Part shown: in pieces, positions 38,127 to 51,899 of the stretch
How the letters are laid out: every line of letters begins with the position of its first letter
Position numbering within the stretch: position 1 is the first letter of the stretch
From: Callorhinchus milii
Lineage: Eukaryota
Direction: 5' to 3'
NCBI RefSeq assembly: GCF_018977255.1
Contig: NW_024704743.1
Coordinates: forward strand, 111,540,001 to 111,604,000
DNA length: 64,000 nt
Translations under genes and position numbers: made by a program
The notes under the pieces: model-generated
What the model saw: only the letters and a program-made list of their open reading frames with translations
What the model was told of the DNA's origin: nothing
Databases searched by the model: none

Positions 38127-41100
38127 CCTTTCAACAACAACTCTGTTAAAAGTTATTTTGTCAGAGCTCTTTCCAAACCTTGCTTTCCAAACTAAGATTA
38201 CAGTGTTTGTTAAAAAAATTGTTATGAGCTAAATGCTCTCAAACAAAGCATAAATGTTTTCATTACTGCAGAATATTACTAGTTAATGTGTTCATGCAAC
38301 ACATCAATAGCTAGCATAAATATTTCTAATTTAATGAAAGCTATTCTTTAGAAGACTGAGAAAACTTCTTTAAAATCATAATAGAGCAGCAGAAGATCAG
38401 CAGGAAATCAACTAATCACCAATGCCAAGACTAAAAGCTGAATTCTGACAAATGTTTTTTATTATATGTACTCAATTTTGGATCTCAATTTCATTTGAAA
38501 ATAGAAAATTCAATGACTGTCAGAAGTAGAGAGTGTGTAGAGGAAGAATTTTTCTTCATCCACAATGCACGGGAGACCATTCTAGATTGAGTGCAGAAAT
38601 TTTCCATAGACAAATATGATTGTAGTTGCCAATTGTAATTTTTAGCCTCCAGCAGATTATGCAAACGTGATCATCTTCTTGTATCAATTTTAAATGTTAA
38701 AATATGTATTTATTGAAATGTTATATTGTACTTGGTAATGCTGTTTATGATTGTGACATCAGTCGCAGTATTTGTTGTAAACAACTTGTTTGAATTAATC
38801 AACTTCAGGTGTAAACCTTGAGCAAATAAACACAAATCTGTACTGTGTCATAACCTTTTTCTATTGTGCACAATCACAATAAGTTTCTGATGCGCAAATC
38901 ATTACCAGTTTGTTGTAACAAAAAACATTGAAGGATCGCACTTTTGAGAATAATTTTAATACTTCCAAATGGATTTGTTTTACTCCCTGTTTTCTAAAAT
39001 TTAACTTGCTAGACAGCATAACTATCCACAGCTCATGCTTTGATTGCAGTTCTAGCTGCAAGGAAAATAATTTTATCTGGCACATAATGTAGCATGTTAA
39101 TTCAGCATTAATTATGGAATGTGTCAAACTACATTTCAGTCAAAGCTCCCTGCAAGTCTCCAGAGCTTTCTTAATGACAGTAATTACAGGTCATAAAATA
39201 AATCTTCTAAAATTAACATTTTTCTCCGTCTTGATAGGAAACTGTAAATGGCCAAGCACTACAGATGTTTTGATTAGTTAAATGTAGCTTCTTTTGTTTC
39301 AACAGCTGCCATAGCTGTGAATAGAGAAAAAGGTTGACAAAGGTGCCTCATTGTACCTCCCTGAAAGGGGTATATTATAAAACTCAATTTGATTATGAAG
39401 TCTGAAACGCTTTTATAAACTGCCCCAAATTAATATACTGTGATTTTATTCACAAAATAACATTAACAAAATTAAAATGATAAAAATATGGGAACTGTGC
39501 TAAAAATGAGAAACAAAAATAATATGGAAATTCAGAACTTAGATATAAAGAAATATTCTTAATCTAGTTTCTCTTGGTACCTGAAAAAACAAAACGACCT
39601 GAGGTTATATCTAACAATCTGTCACTGAGCCTGTGTAACAGAGCGCTTTAAGAAATAACATTCTAATATATTTAAAAAATTGATTCAAATAATTTTAAGA
39701 ATATATTAAAACAATTGATTGCCCTTGCCATGTTTTTGATATAAATAATTTAGCAATGACTATTAGAAATATATTTTAATGAATATCTGTTATTTTTCTC
39801 TCCATTACAGACATCTCTCGAGCACCTCAGGCTTAAAAAAACAAGGAAGTGACAATGGACATCCCAGTCGTCTCTCCCAATTCTATTCTGTAACAAGCTT
39901 ATCAGGGGATTTACATGGGAGCTACACTGACTAGATTTTTAATAGTCATTTTTAAATTATTTATATCTAAAACATAGTAAGGGCAATTATTTTAACATAT
40001 TCTTAAAAATAATTCAAACCATTTTTTAACATATATTAGTCCCACATTGGACATTGACCCATCGCACCTAATTGCTGCATTGCGACAACATGGGCTACTA
40101 GTAGCAACCTAAAAAGCATTTAATTAGATATTCTAGAAATATTCTAAATTAAAATGTTCTAATAGTTATTGCAGTACTGAAAAATTAGATCCAACACAAT
40201 TTAATTATTGGCTGGTTTTGTATGTGATCCTCTCTCCCCACCATTCTCAAAACTTGAGTACAATGGTTTCAAACCAAGCTAAAGTTTTTGACCGCTGCCA
40301 ACATCAATGCAGGGCAAAAGTGTGATATTTGAGTGTCTCTTCACGAGATACCAACTTAACTCAATCAGGGGTAGGCAATATCCAGCGAAGTGGAACTGAA
40401 ATACTGCACTCTGTGGGTGGTAATAGCAATGGCGATGTTTGAGACTGTCCAGCTAAATGGATTCTACTGAACTCAGGGGAGAGTGATGTTTATCCTAGAA
40501 ACCAGTTGTTAATTTGAAGACTGGTTTACACTACAATTTTCAGCAATGAAATAATTTTTAACTGGCGATAATCGTCACTACATATATTTTTCACCATATT
40601 GTTTCTCTCACTGCCACTCTTATCTGGGAGAATAGACATATATAGATAGATACAGATATCTGACCTAAGCTTGGTTTCTCCTAAACAAAGAATTCAGTGG
40701 AGTAGAGTATTAGCTCTACGTTGCACTGCATTGTAGCGCGGTGTGCTGTGCTCCAATCCACTGTACCACTATGCTACCCAAGCTGTGATTATTTTAAAGT
40801 TAATTTTAAATCAAAGGAGCATGTCAGCACAGAATAAAGCACATACCAACATACAGTCACGTACTGTAATTATGTTCTTGAAGTAATTCTCAAACAACCT
40901 ATAGGTCCATAGCCTTTAATTTTTGCCTGCTTTAACACTGAGGGATGCTAATACATTCCACCTAAAATCTAATTTCTACAATAAAATGTTAAATGTTTTT
41001 CAGATGAGTTCAGCATTCTCAAGGTACTTGTAAAAGAAACAAAACTGCAAGCATTGGACATCATAGCTAATAAACCATTTCAGAATGTCACTAACTTAAC

Positions 41101-42427
41101 ATGTACAATGAGTTAAAGTAACACAGATAATACCTCCAAGTCTGATTAAATAATAAAATAGGTTTCTGTGATAAAATGAACCTTATTGTCATTTTTTTTT
41201 CAATATTGCTTTGAGCCTCTGTAAAAGAGATAATGATTCACACCAAACAAATCACAGAAGGAAATCTACAGTGCTTCTTTTCATTAGATAACTGGATGGG
41301 GGCTGGTTTGAAAGATGAAAAAAAATACTATGAGCAATAATAGTTAGACCCAAAGTGAAAACGTTCTTTAAAGAATCCTTCTCCATACATTCACTCTTAG
41401 ACATTATTCGTCTCAAAAGAAAACAAAATAAGAAAACAATCAGATCACTATTTGTCAAGGACATTCAGAATAGGCAATCACAGTGAATTAATTATGTTCT
41501 TGTTTTCTTATTGTAAGATTATATTATTTGGCCTGATCCATAGCAGACATACCCAGACATTTAATAAAACTGCTATTGGCAATGCTCACTGATTAACTCT
41601 AACCTTCAAGCTGAAGTGCATACTACGCTTTTGATGCAGCTTAGAAGGACATCACATTGTCACCTGGTATGATGTTTGACAGCTTATTCTGTTACATCAA
41701 GACAGCACAAAATTACCTTTTTCAAATCCATCCCTAGTTAATAACAAAAGGCAATAATAGCATTCAGCATGCGTAAGATGGGAACAGTATAAAATAAAGC
41801 AGCAGAAAAGATGAAAGACGGACTATTATGGAGAGGAAATCAAAAACTCAGTCTTGTAGAACAGTATAATGTTTCAATTAGAATGTCATGGAGAGAGCAC
41901 AACACATCATTCTATGAAATCCTCTCTTGCGCATCCTAGGAACAAGAAAAAATTCCCTTATGTGCATACACAGACATAGTCTCAGACCATCTCGAATGGA
42001 TGAGGATGATAAATCCAACCATTCATTTTATATCTTTATAAGACTCGAGGATATTTGATTTCTAGAAATACAGACTTTTTTCCGCAATGTAAATAAAAAG
42101 CTATTGTGACAAATGAAAAGCAAAATTTACAAAGTAAGCTAAAAAACGGCTGTATATAAATATGTATTACATAATATATAACCCAATATCTCACAAAAAA
42201 CTACTGTAATAACCTTCTACTAGTTGCATGATTGATATTTAGCTTTTAATTAATTATAAAGGCATATGTTATGTATTCACTCGTGTCCCATAAAAACCTC
42301 CACCCATGAGGAACCGGTTATTTTAAAGTCAAGAGGGTGTATTACTTTTTTTCAAGGTATGAAATATGAAAATAAAGGAAATATGTCCATCAGACAGCAG
42401 AGATTATTGCCTCATGATCCAGCAGAA

Positions 42428-43010
42428 TATAATAATCTTTGTATTTGATGTAGCACCTTATCATGTCTTCAAGACTTCTCAAAGTGCTTCACAGAATATC
42501 AACAACTTACATTTATAAAATGCCATTCACGCAGGGTAGCGTCCCGGAGCATTTGACAGTGACGGAGTGGGATCCAGAACCAGGGGAAGAGGGAGGGTGG
42601 AAAATATACTGTAAGGTGAATTAACTGTATATTTTGTGGGCAATATACAGAAGCTGATTGCGCACAGCTATATCCCACAAACAGTCGTGGATTGAGTGAG
42701 CAAGTTATTTTTTTTAAAAAAGTTTTGTGCACATGGAAATTGATAAGACTCTTCATCCAGTGGATGTCCCATGACAAGAATAACCCCAACATTTGTTATA
42801 GCGTCTTTACATCGGGCGGTCGTCTGCAAGTCCTTCAAAGGATTTACAGTTAACTCTAGTGACCGTGCATTTTGTAGGCAAACAAGATAGCCAATTTGCA
42901 CATAAAAACACCCTACAATCAACCATAAAGTGAATTACCAATTTAATCTGGGGGATTGTTGGCCAGGAGACAGGTAGAAACTACCTTCTCGTTTTGAATA
43001 GTGCCTTGGA
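42428..43010 (-). mobile_element. Cluster of nested SINE/DeuSINE 3' parts and an L2 tail (42500-42600), all minus strand
   Basis: SINE tail 42428-42498 resumes at ~42600 (ATATACTGTAAGGTGAATT...) after an L2 tail; a second DeuSINE part lies at 42790-43010. Confidence 0.7.
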
Positions 43011-43217
43011 AACTTTGTGTATCAGCTTTTTCTTCTCTCTCTCAAACATACAGGTTGCTTCACCCCAGCTATGGTACCTGTGGACACCATCAGGTACAGC
43101 AGGGGGCAATCGGGAATATTGAATGCTGGTCTTAATCACACAGCAGATTCTAAGTCCCAGATGAGTTTTCTATCTGCTTCTCATTGATCCAAGGCTAGAA
43201 CACTACCTAATCCTGCA

Positions 43218-43593
43218 GCGGAATTCTGTAGCTCAGTGATTAGCTCACTCGCCTTGCAAGCGAGAGACCTTGGTTCGATTCCCGGCAGGGTGAAACATTG
43301 GGCAAGTTTCCTTACTCCACACGCCTCTATTTACCTAGCAGTAAATAGGAACACGTTTGTTAGTCAATTAGCTGATCGTTTTTCCGGGGGTAATAATTTC
43401 TTCAAAAATAATAATGATTTGGTCGCTTCAATCCATGACTATTTGTGGGACACTGCTGTGTGCAATTGGCTGCCGTGTTCCGCCCTCTAAATATATAGTC
43501 AATTCACTTTACAGAATATTCTGTGAAGTGCTTTGAGATGTCTCAAAGACTTGATAAGGTACTATATTAAATGCAAGAATTATTATTATTATT
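43218..43593 (+). mobile_element. tRNA-Ala-derived composite SINE, long form, full length
   Basis: Head plus central CACGCCTCTATTTACCTAGCAGTAAATAGGAAC...GATCGTTTTTCCGGGGG segment, Deu-like part and tail. Confidence 0.9.
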
Positions 43594-45188
43594 AATTTCA
43601 GGGGGGAAAAAGTGCAATTGTCAGGGTCCTCTTTCAATGGCAGAAGTAGGAAGCTTTGTCATCTTATGGAAAAAACAGTTGAAGATGGAATCCTGAAGCT
43701 GTCTGTGCCTTTTACCGAGAACCATAACACCCATTTTTATCTAATAAACAAATCATTTACATAAAAAACAGCAGGTCAATCAGCATCTGAAAGTGAATGA
43801 TTTTCCAGATTCTGATGGAAGATCACCCTCCAAAATGTTCATCAATCTTTATTACTGTATCTCCGATCCTCCTATCTAATGTCATGCCCTTTTTCTGTCA
43901 GCGTATATAATGTCTAGATATCATTGCTTAGTCAGACATTATGCCTATAGAATCATATTGTAAATCTTTGTAATTAGGTATCAGTGTATTATAGAGGTAT
44001 CATTTCTCCTATTACAATGAAAGAAAATATCTACGTCAGCTAAAGGGAGGATACAGCAAAAATACCAAATTTCCTCAAAGTTGCAGCTAACCTACAATAT
44101 TGAGTGACCCATGTGTTTAAGGTATCAGATCAACTGCTGTGTCAGTAAGAAGCAAGCACATGTAGCCATTACTTAAATCAGTTTTGCCCTTGCATGAATG
44201 TTAACCAGGAGAAGAATTGAAGGCTACTGGCAGCTTCAATTTGCATTTTGCATTAAATTGTTCTATAACTGATGTTTAATAAAAAAAAACTGCAGCCTTA
44301 CACTAATTTCTGTCTCTCCAATTTCTTTTTCTAATAGATGTAAGGGAATTACAAGATACAGTTTGGGGTTCAGATATTTATGAATCACTAAAGATTTGAT
44401 TTTACAATTTAGGGTACGATCTGAACACCTTAATTCTTTAAAATGTATTCTTATTATCTACTATTATACGTATATCCTAAATTATTACAATTTCGATACC
44501 TTCTCAGAGGACACATAGGTAAGAAATTATATTCCATTGAAGGAATATTTTAAAAATACTGCTTTTGAACAGTAAGATTTTATGGGATGATTTAGCTCAA
44601 ATTAAAGGCAGCAAATATTAATCTGAATTGTCACATCATAAAGGAAGAAATTTACATATTTATTGGTAAATTGTAAGAGAATAATAATGTTCCTTGCATT
44701 TGATATAATGCCTTAGCACATCGTCACAACGTTTCAAATCACATTTTACTGTAAAGTAAAATCATCTGTTGCAATGTATTTTAAAAATACTGTTCAGATG
44801 CAGTCTAGCAACAAATAGAAACTTTTTATGGTGACGGCATAGAGTTCTGTCATGACGGTCAATGAGCAGAATCATTTAATAGCTAGAAGACATTGGGTGA
44901 TCCATTCACAAAGCCACATTTTCTGCATCGAATATCAGTTATTAGTTACCTGTTTTAAGAACACAAGTAAATATGAAACACAAATAGGTCATTCAGATCA
45001 TCAAACCCATACTTTTCAGTCAAGTAAAACCTACCTTATTATTGGCATTACCCGATCCACTCTCCCTCATGCTCATTTGTGGGACATTGCTTTGTGCAAT
45101 TTGGCTGCCACGTTCATCCACAAGTACACAGTCACTACACTTCACAGTAAAATCTCGTGATGTATTTTGAGATTTCTCAACCTCATGA

Positions 45189-45447
45189 TAATAATAATAA
45201 TCCTTGCATTTGATATAGCACTTTTCACGTCTTCTAGACGTCTCAAAGCGCTTCACAGAATATGCTGTAAAATTAATTGACTGTATATTTGCGGGCGAAA
45301 CGCGGCAGCCAATTGCGCACAGCAGTGTCCCACAAACAGTCGTGGATTGAAAATGACCAATTTATTATTGATTTTGTTTTTTGAAGGGATTATTATTAGG
45401 TGTGTGGAGTAAGGAAACTTGCCCAAAGTTTCGCCCTGTCTGGAATT
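45189..45447 (-). mobile_element. tRNA-Ala-derived composite SINE, short form, 5'-truncated, inserted in an older plus-strand Deu-type copy (45075-45188)
   Basis: Reverse complement matches the 37792 copy from the B box to the tail. Confidence 0.9.
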
Positions 45448-46398
45448 ATTATTATCTCCTGGGGAAAGCATTGTATATGTAAACCACTGGTGTTGCACAT
45501 CAGCTTTTCATTAATTTTTTCAGGCAAACCAAAAACTGTTTGGAAGCAGGACAAAACAATGAAAGAAAGTGCATGGAATTGTTCCAGTATTACAAATAGC
45601 TATTTGATTGCCATTCTAATAACATTGGTGAGAATTTTCCCCATCGAGAAAATGAACACATGATTAGTGATAGAGAAAATTGGAGGTTACAATGGCACAT
45701 TTAATCCATTTAAAATAGAAGTTCAATTTATTTTTGCCTGGTGCAAGTGTTGTTACACATCAATTAAGGCACTTAATTGTTGCTGAAAGCCAATTAAACC
45801 AGGAAATTTCGTTTTTTTCACTCCCTCTGAGGCTTTCTGAATGGGCTATTTATCAATGGTCTGAGTTGGTGCAAACTTTGAAAACTAAACTCCTGATAAT
45901 TTGAACCTCGCTTAACTTTTCACCACCACCTACATCACCATGCTGTCAATATCCCAGCCACTTCCAGTGCAAATATTAATAGAGGACTCTACTTGTCACT
46001 CTGCTTAACTCTGAATTAGTTGCATGCCAGAAATATTTACAAGTACTTAAAATGTAAAATCGATTGCATAACTAGTCCTATAAGATGGTGTCTAGCTTTG
46101 CAGAGGCTTCCTGCCCTATCCTGTGACTGGAGTAGGTGCTTGGCGGGGGTTGAGCGCACATGCTCAGATGCATTGCAGAGCCTCTAGTCTATTAGCCTCC
46201 CGACCCACCTCCTGCCCTATCCTGTGACAGGGTGGACAGTCATGGCATTGCCCTCCAACGGATCATAGGAATGCCAACCCCGGCTATATAAGTTCAAAGT
46301 CCCGATGTCTCAGACACTCAACGAGTGCTACCAACTGGGGCAGATTGAAACCAATAGTTCCTGAAAGTCAAAACAATCAAAAAGTTATTTTTTATTAC

Positions 46399-46566
46399 CT
46401 CTTCCTCAGATTGTTTGTTCAACTGACTGACTATTTTCAGCTCAGAATGGAGTTTCTTCATCTTAATTTCATATGCAGAATTTTCGGTGGTGAGTTTTTC
46501 ATTTGATTGTTGCAGCACAGCGTTGTCACCGCTGAGAACAATTACATCCTTAGTCTTTCCATTCAG
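46399..46566 (-). CDS. PMFBP1: PMFBP1-like exon, 168 nt phase 0-0: LNGKTKDVIVLSGDNAVLQQSNEKLTTENSAYEIKMKKLHSELKIVSQLNKQSEEE
   Basis: Acceptor tttttctttcag|, donor GAG|gtaata; overlaps ORF 46318..46518. Confidence 0.88.
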
Positions 46567-46632
46567 CTGAAAGAAAAACAGGAGTGTGAGGACTGAGCTA
46601 AAGTGAAATGCATTTTAATTATTCCACATGTT

Positions 46633-47002
46633 GTGGAGTCCTGTAGCTCAGTGGTTATAGCACTCATCTCGCAAGCGAGAGGTCCTGGGTTTAATTCCCG
46701 GGCAGGGCAAAACATTGGGCAAGTTTCCTTACTCCCCATGCCTCTGTTTACCTAGCGGTAAGTAGGAACCCGGTCGTCAGTCGATTTGCAGATCACTTTT
46801 CCGAGGGTAATAATCCCTTCAAAAATAAATATAACGTCACTCAATCCACAACTGTTTGTGGAAGACTGCTGTGCACAATTGGCTGCAGTGTTTTGCCCAC
46901 AAAATATACAGTCAATTCAATTTACAGTATATTCTGTGAAGTGCTTTGAGACGTTTAGAAGCCGTGATTAGGTGTTATATCAAATGCAAGGATTATCATT
47001 TT
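46633..47002 (+). mobile_element. tRNA-Ala-derived composite SINE, long form, full length
   Basis: Head, central TGCCTCTGTTTACCTAGCGGTAAGTAGGAACCCGG segment and tail. Confidence 0.9.
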
Positions 47003-47567
47003 ATATTATAACACTATTTTGTCTTCATAGTATCGATAACAGAACTGACTCGATTTTTTGCAAACGCCATTAAACTCTGTAAATTACTTTTGATTTGCCC
47101 CTTAAAAGCAGCTAATTTCCAAGACTGAGAGGGATAGGGAATAAGAATATTTCCCCATCTACTGTCTTCTACTGAACCAGTCGCTAGGAGGTGAGGATAT
47201 CAAATATGGGAAGAATGGTCATCCTCCTGTATTACAATGAGCAGCCACCAAGAACCTAGAACAACTTTTTTTCCTTAAATTTCTGTTTTACACAGAAAAA
47301 AACCTTGAAATGTTTAAAATGTAAGTTTGGCCAAATGCTTTTCATTTGCATTGTTTGTTGCAATGATTTTGCATATCCGTAACAGGAGAGTGGGACAGGG
47401 CATGTGGAAAAAACACCAGTGCTGATATTTCCCAGCAATATTGATATTGTCTTAACTGTTATGAATATGCAAAATCACAGTGACTTCCTGGGCCAGATTG
47501 ACATCAGCTAATTCCTTTTATTTAAAAGTATAAAGTGTATGGCAGTGCGGAGTAATTGAGGTAGTAC

Positions 47568-47735
47568 CTGCTCCACATTCTCTCTCTGACTTCCTTGCAA
47601 GATTGAAATTTCCAATTTTAGATCATGGGCATTCTTTTCTGACACTGACAGTTCTTTATTGCACTGTTTATATTTTTCCTTCGATTCATCCAGGTTAGTC
47701 TGCAACCTTGCCAAACTTTCTTTGTAGTATTCAAC
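47568..47735 (-). CDS. PMFBP1: PMFBP1-like exon, 168 nt phase 0-0: VEYYKESLARLQTNLDESKEKYKQCNKELSVSEKNAHDLKLEISILQGSQRENVEQ
   Basis: Acceptor gtttttatag|, donor CAG|gtacta; overlaps ORF 47508..47714. Confidence 0.88.
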
Positions 47736-48919
47736 CTATAAAAACACAATGTTTATTTTTAACCAATTTTATATATGTTATAACAATACTTCAACCAGTA
47801 AATCAAGGCATTTCTGTAAGTGCAAGTCGGTGCTGTCAATTGTATCTAAGGACAAATGTTAAATATTTCCTATTAACTATGCCAAAACCCAGAATCACAA
47901 ATCCGAGACAAACCCACTTTCCTCTCCTGCCCCTCCTGCTACAATCAAAAAGGTTATAACCTGAAACTTAGCATCATCTAACCATTACTTCTTGATTCAT
48001 CTCGACCGCTCTCAGCTTTCTCTGCCTTGGTGCGCTATGGAACTTGGCAATTCACCCAAGTTTATCAGTTTTAGAAAAAAAATTAAATTATCAACCACTT
48101 GAGAGAGAATTAACCTGACCAGCTGCTGGCAGGTTTTCTACAACTGTAAACAGTGCTTATTTCCAGAAAGCTTTCTTTTATTTTACCCTTTGGATTTGCT
48201 TATTCTTCTTACAACATTTCAACAGCAAAGCTTTTCACTTTGACTGTCGTACAGACACAGCAGTGGGCATTCCTGGTGGAACGTACAGCGAAATCCTAGT
48301 AATACTACTTGTGAACAAACATTAGCAGGGATCTATTTGGTGTTGGTAAGCAGGATCCAAGTAATTTCTAGTACAAACCTGATTTTCTGTCCAATGGCAT
48401 CAGTAAAATCCTGAAGTTCAAATTCCCTTTTGCAATCTCTGAGCATTGACAGTAGGCAGCTAACACACAATAACCAACTTTGTTTTGGCTCTGTGGACCA
48501 ACAACCCTTCCCATCCAAAAAAGGAATATCTTCCCTAGGTCTATTAAACCATTGTTACAGCCTATAGTTTTGTCTTGTAGAGCAACTTTTTAAAAATAAA
48601 GTATGTCAGCAGTGCTGAGAATGAAAATGTCTATAGCAGTGTGTAAAGTTGACTCAGTAAATTGCAGAATAGTTATAATTATTTAACGCATTGGAGACCA
48701 AGGAACATTTTTTTTCCCCAAGGATAAATTTCATGTTGCCAGTGCCAGGAAACAACAACAACAAATTACATTTGTATAGTGCCTTTCACATCCTGAGGAT
48801 GTCCCAAAGAATCTCTTTCCTGGATCCTGAGCATTTCATTGGGATCAGCTTTACTTTTGCAACAGGACATTTGGAAAATTTTGAATGATGAAGTCAATTT
48901 TTTAACTGCATGACTGACC

Positions 48920-49122
48920 GCATTGCCTGAAAGGGTGGTCGAGGCCGATTCGATAACTACTTTTAAAAACGCGGTGGATGGGTATTTGAAGAAGACGGGT
49001 TTGCAGGGTTATGGGGAAAAGGCTGGGGTGTGGGATTGACATTAATTGCTCTATTCAAAGAGCTGGCACACACTCGATGCGCCGAATGGCCTCTTTTTGT
49101 GCTGTACGATTCTATGATTCTA
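48920..49122 (+). mobile_element. CR1 3' fragment
   Basis: Homologous to 4960-5161; ends GCCGAATGGCCTC..TGTGCTGTACGATTCTATGATTCTA. Confidence 0.85.
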
Positions 49123-50574
49123 GTATAGCACACGATTGATATAAATTGAGGATATGAATCCCTAACATTTGAACATAGGTTTTAGAAGAAAATTAATTAC
49201 TTTACAGATGGTAACTTGATTTTGTCCATTTGTAATTAGCAAACTGTCTTTATATGGAGCAAAATATCCTACTTTTGTATTAATGTTATTTTTTCACTAA
49301 TCTAATATTGTGATTATTAAACAAAATGAATATTTAGCACTCAGTAAACTGGACAATAATGCTATGATAACAGGCAGTCTAGTATTAGTTTCCAGGAAAA
49401 GTCAGTATTGGTCTGCTGAACTTATAAGATGTAATTTACCATTGTCAGTCTGATGTCATAGGCTGCGGGCCATTCCTGGTGCTAATTAAATGTCATTAGC
49501 TCAGCAAAACAGAATAACTAATTGCGATGTTTTAACAGTTCATTTCTGAATTTGTCTCTGTTTATATTAACAGCATCAGACATAGATTACAAAATAATGC
49601 AACCAGCTGATAAAAGTATTGAGCTTAAATCAAAACATCCCTAAAACCCACGCTGTCTGAAATAAAAATGAGACTTATTTACAATGAACCAACATTTCAC
49701 AAAATGTTCGTCAACGTGCATATGAAATTAGAGCTAGCATCAGTCTCAATTACAGATATAATGACACATAGACAGATAGTGACACTATAGCATCCATTTT
49801 TTTCAGCCCTCACTAAAAATAATGATTTTTAAATGCAAATGCAATAGTTAAAGCATAAGCCTTTAGGCTGTATCGCACTCCTGAAGGAGTAGAATAAATT
49901 AATTTACATATATTAATGTAAACAAGGAATCAGCTAGGGAAAATGGTGTTATGTGACTGCAAAGCTCCGATGCTCACTGGGTGGTATTGTGAGATTACCT
50001 AGTTCAAGTAAAGAGTACTCATTCTTTAAAGGATGTCCAACTTCTAAATACAAATAGAAGAACCACCATTCTAATGACCCAAAGAGGTGTTCCATTAATA
50101 CGTCCACACCTTGATTAACCAAAAGCAATCTATCTCCACTGTGCTGAACAAGGCTATGTTCTGAGGTGTGACTTTAGTTGTTTGCCCAGAGGAGGCATTG
50201 AAACCTCAAGTAACTCTCACTCAAACAGTAGACAAAAACAGTAGACAAAAAAGTATCCCCAATTTATGGATGATCATAAAGAGAAAAGGGAAAAGACCAC
50301 AAGCAAGATCTATATTATGGAGGAGAAATTGTTCCAACAACAACAAAATTATTTGTATAGTGCCTTTTACGTCGGGAGGACATCCCAAGGATATTCCAAG
50401 GATGGCGACAGAAGCTTTGCCTATGTAAATTATGCAATTGTCTGAATGGTCGTTGGGTACCAAGATTGCTTGATCAGTCCTGACAATGGCTGATTCTGGA
50501 CTAGACGTTGAATCCACAGTAATTCTTACAATACATTTATTTAAAGCTCAGAAACATAAAATACTCAATGTTAC

Positions 50575-50742
50575 CTCTTCAGCATAGTGCTTTCTCTGTT
50601 TCTCAGTTGCAGCCATGCTTAAGTGAATATGTTTAACTCTTGAGTCCGCTTTTGTTAGCTCCTCACACACACTGTGATGCTTATTCTGTAGAAGTTCCAT
50701 TTCTTCCTTCAGTGTTGATATAAGATTCTCCCGATCCTTAAG
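50575..50742 (-). CDS. PMFBP1: PMFBP1-like exon, 168 nt phase 0-0: LKDRENLISTLKEEMELLQNKHHSVCEELTKADSRVKHIHLSMAATEKQRKHYAEE
   Basis: Acceptor ttttcacag|, donor GAG|gtaaca; lies in ORF 50548..50757. Confidence 0.88.
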
Positions 50743-51046
50743 CTGTGAAAACACCAAAGAATTTTAATTATTTCAACAAGTTATTTCAATGTTCTCTATC
50801 CCAAATATAACATTATTATCATAGAATAATAATATTAATAATAATAATTAATCATAATAATATTATCATAGAATCTATAGCTGTGATTTGCCCCAGTTAT
50901 GAGTCCCAACATTGTGGGATTCTTCAGTTGGCAATATGCATCTGCTATGTTATTGAAATTCCAATTATTCAAACCTTCCAGGAAGTAGTGCTTCCTGGGC
51001 AGCCAATCAAATTTGTAAAGTCCCTGAATTTAAAGCTTATAGAGCA

Positions 51047-51372
51047 TGTGTCAGCCTGGCTTGGTTGGTAGCATTCTCATCTGAGTCAGATGGTTTGGGG
51101 TTTAAGCCTCACATCAAGAGTTTGAACTCACATAGTCTAGGGTGACACTCCAGTCCTGTGCTGAGGGTGTGCTGCAATGTTCAAGATGCCATTCTTTGGA
51201 TGAGATATTAAATGGAGGTCCCTTCTGCCTGTTCAAGTGGACATTAAAGATACCATGGCACTATTCAGATAGAGAAGGAAATTTCTCTGGGTGTTTTTGG
51301 CTAATAATCCCCCAGATAAAATTGGGTTATTCACTTAAAAGTTGTTTGTTGGACTCTGCTCTGTGTAAACTG
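51047..51372 (+). mobile_element. DeuSINE (SacSINE1-like), decayed
   Basis: GTGTCAGCCTGGCTTGGTTGGTAGCA..CTGAGTCAGA head; TTTGGATGAGATATTAAA and CAAGTGGACATTAAAGATACCATGGCACTATT Deu motifs. Confidence 0.8.
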
Positions 51373-51899
51373 ATCTTTTATTATCAGTTAAATTAGCCTT
51401 GTTCAATATATCAGCAATATTATATATTTATATTTAAAGGTTCCAGTAGGTTTGTTAAACATGATTTTTCTTTCTAGATCAATTATGACTGTCTTTAACA
51501 AATTAAGCTTATCCAAGTGTTTTCCCATTGGATTGCTCAAGATTGCTTGCTGGTTCCCATATATTTCTCTTGAATCTTAAATTGAGTCATGTACATATTT
51601 TCCAATCCCTAGGAATCACTAAATTTAGTAATCATACAAAAATGGCAGTTAAAACAGCACAATTTTCAGTCTTCAAAACCTTTGCATTTGATAGATCACC
51701 TTTCACATAGGAAGGATATCTCAAAGGATTTCACAGGATATACTGTAAATTGTACAACTGTAAATGTCTGATGCATTTTGGAGACAATCATCCAATTTTG
51801 CTTGCAGTAATGTCTGAGGATTCTCTCTTATAAGGAACCATTTAGCACGTTTTCTCTGTCGGGTTTCATGATACTAAAATTTCAAGGTTTATTATGATT

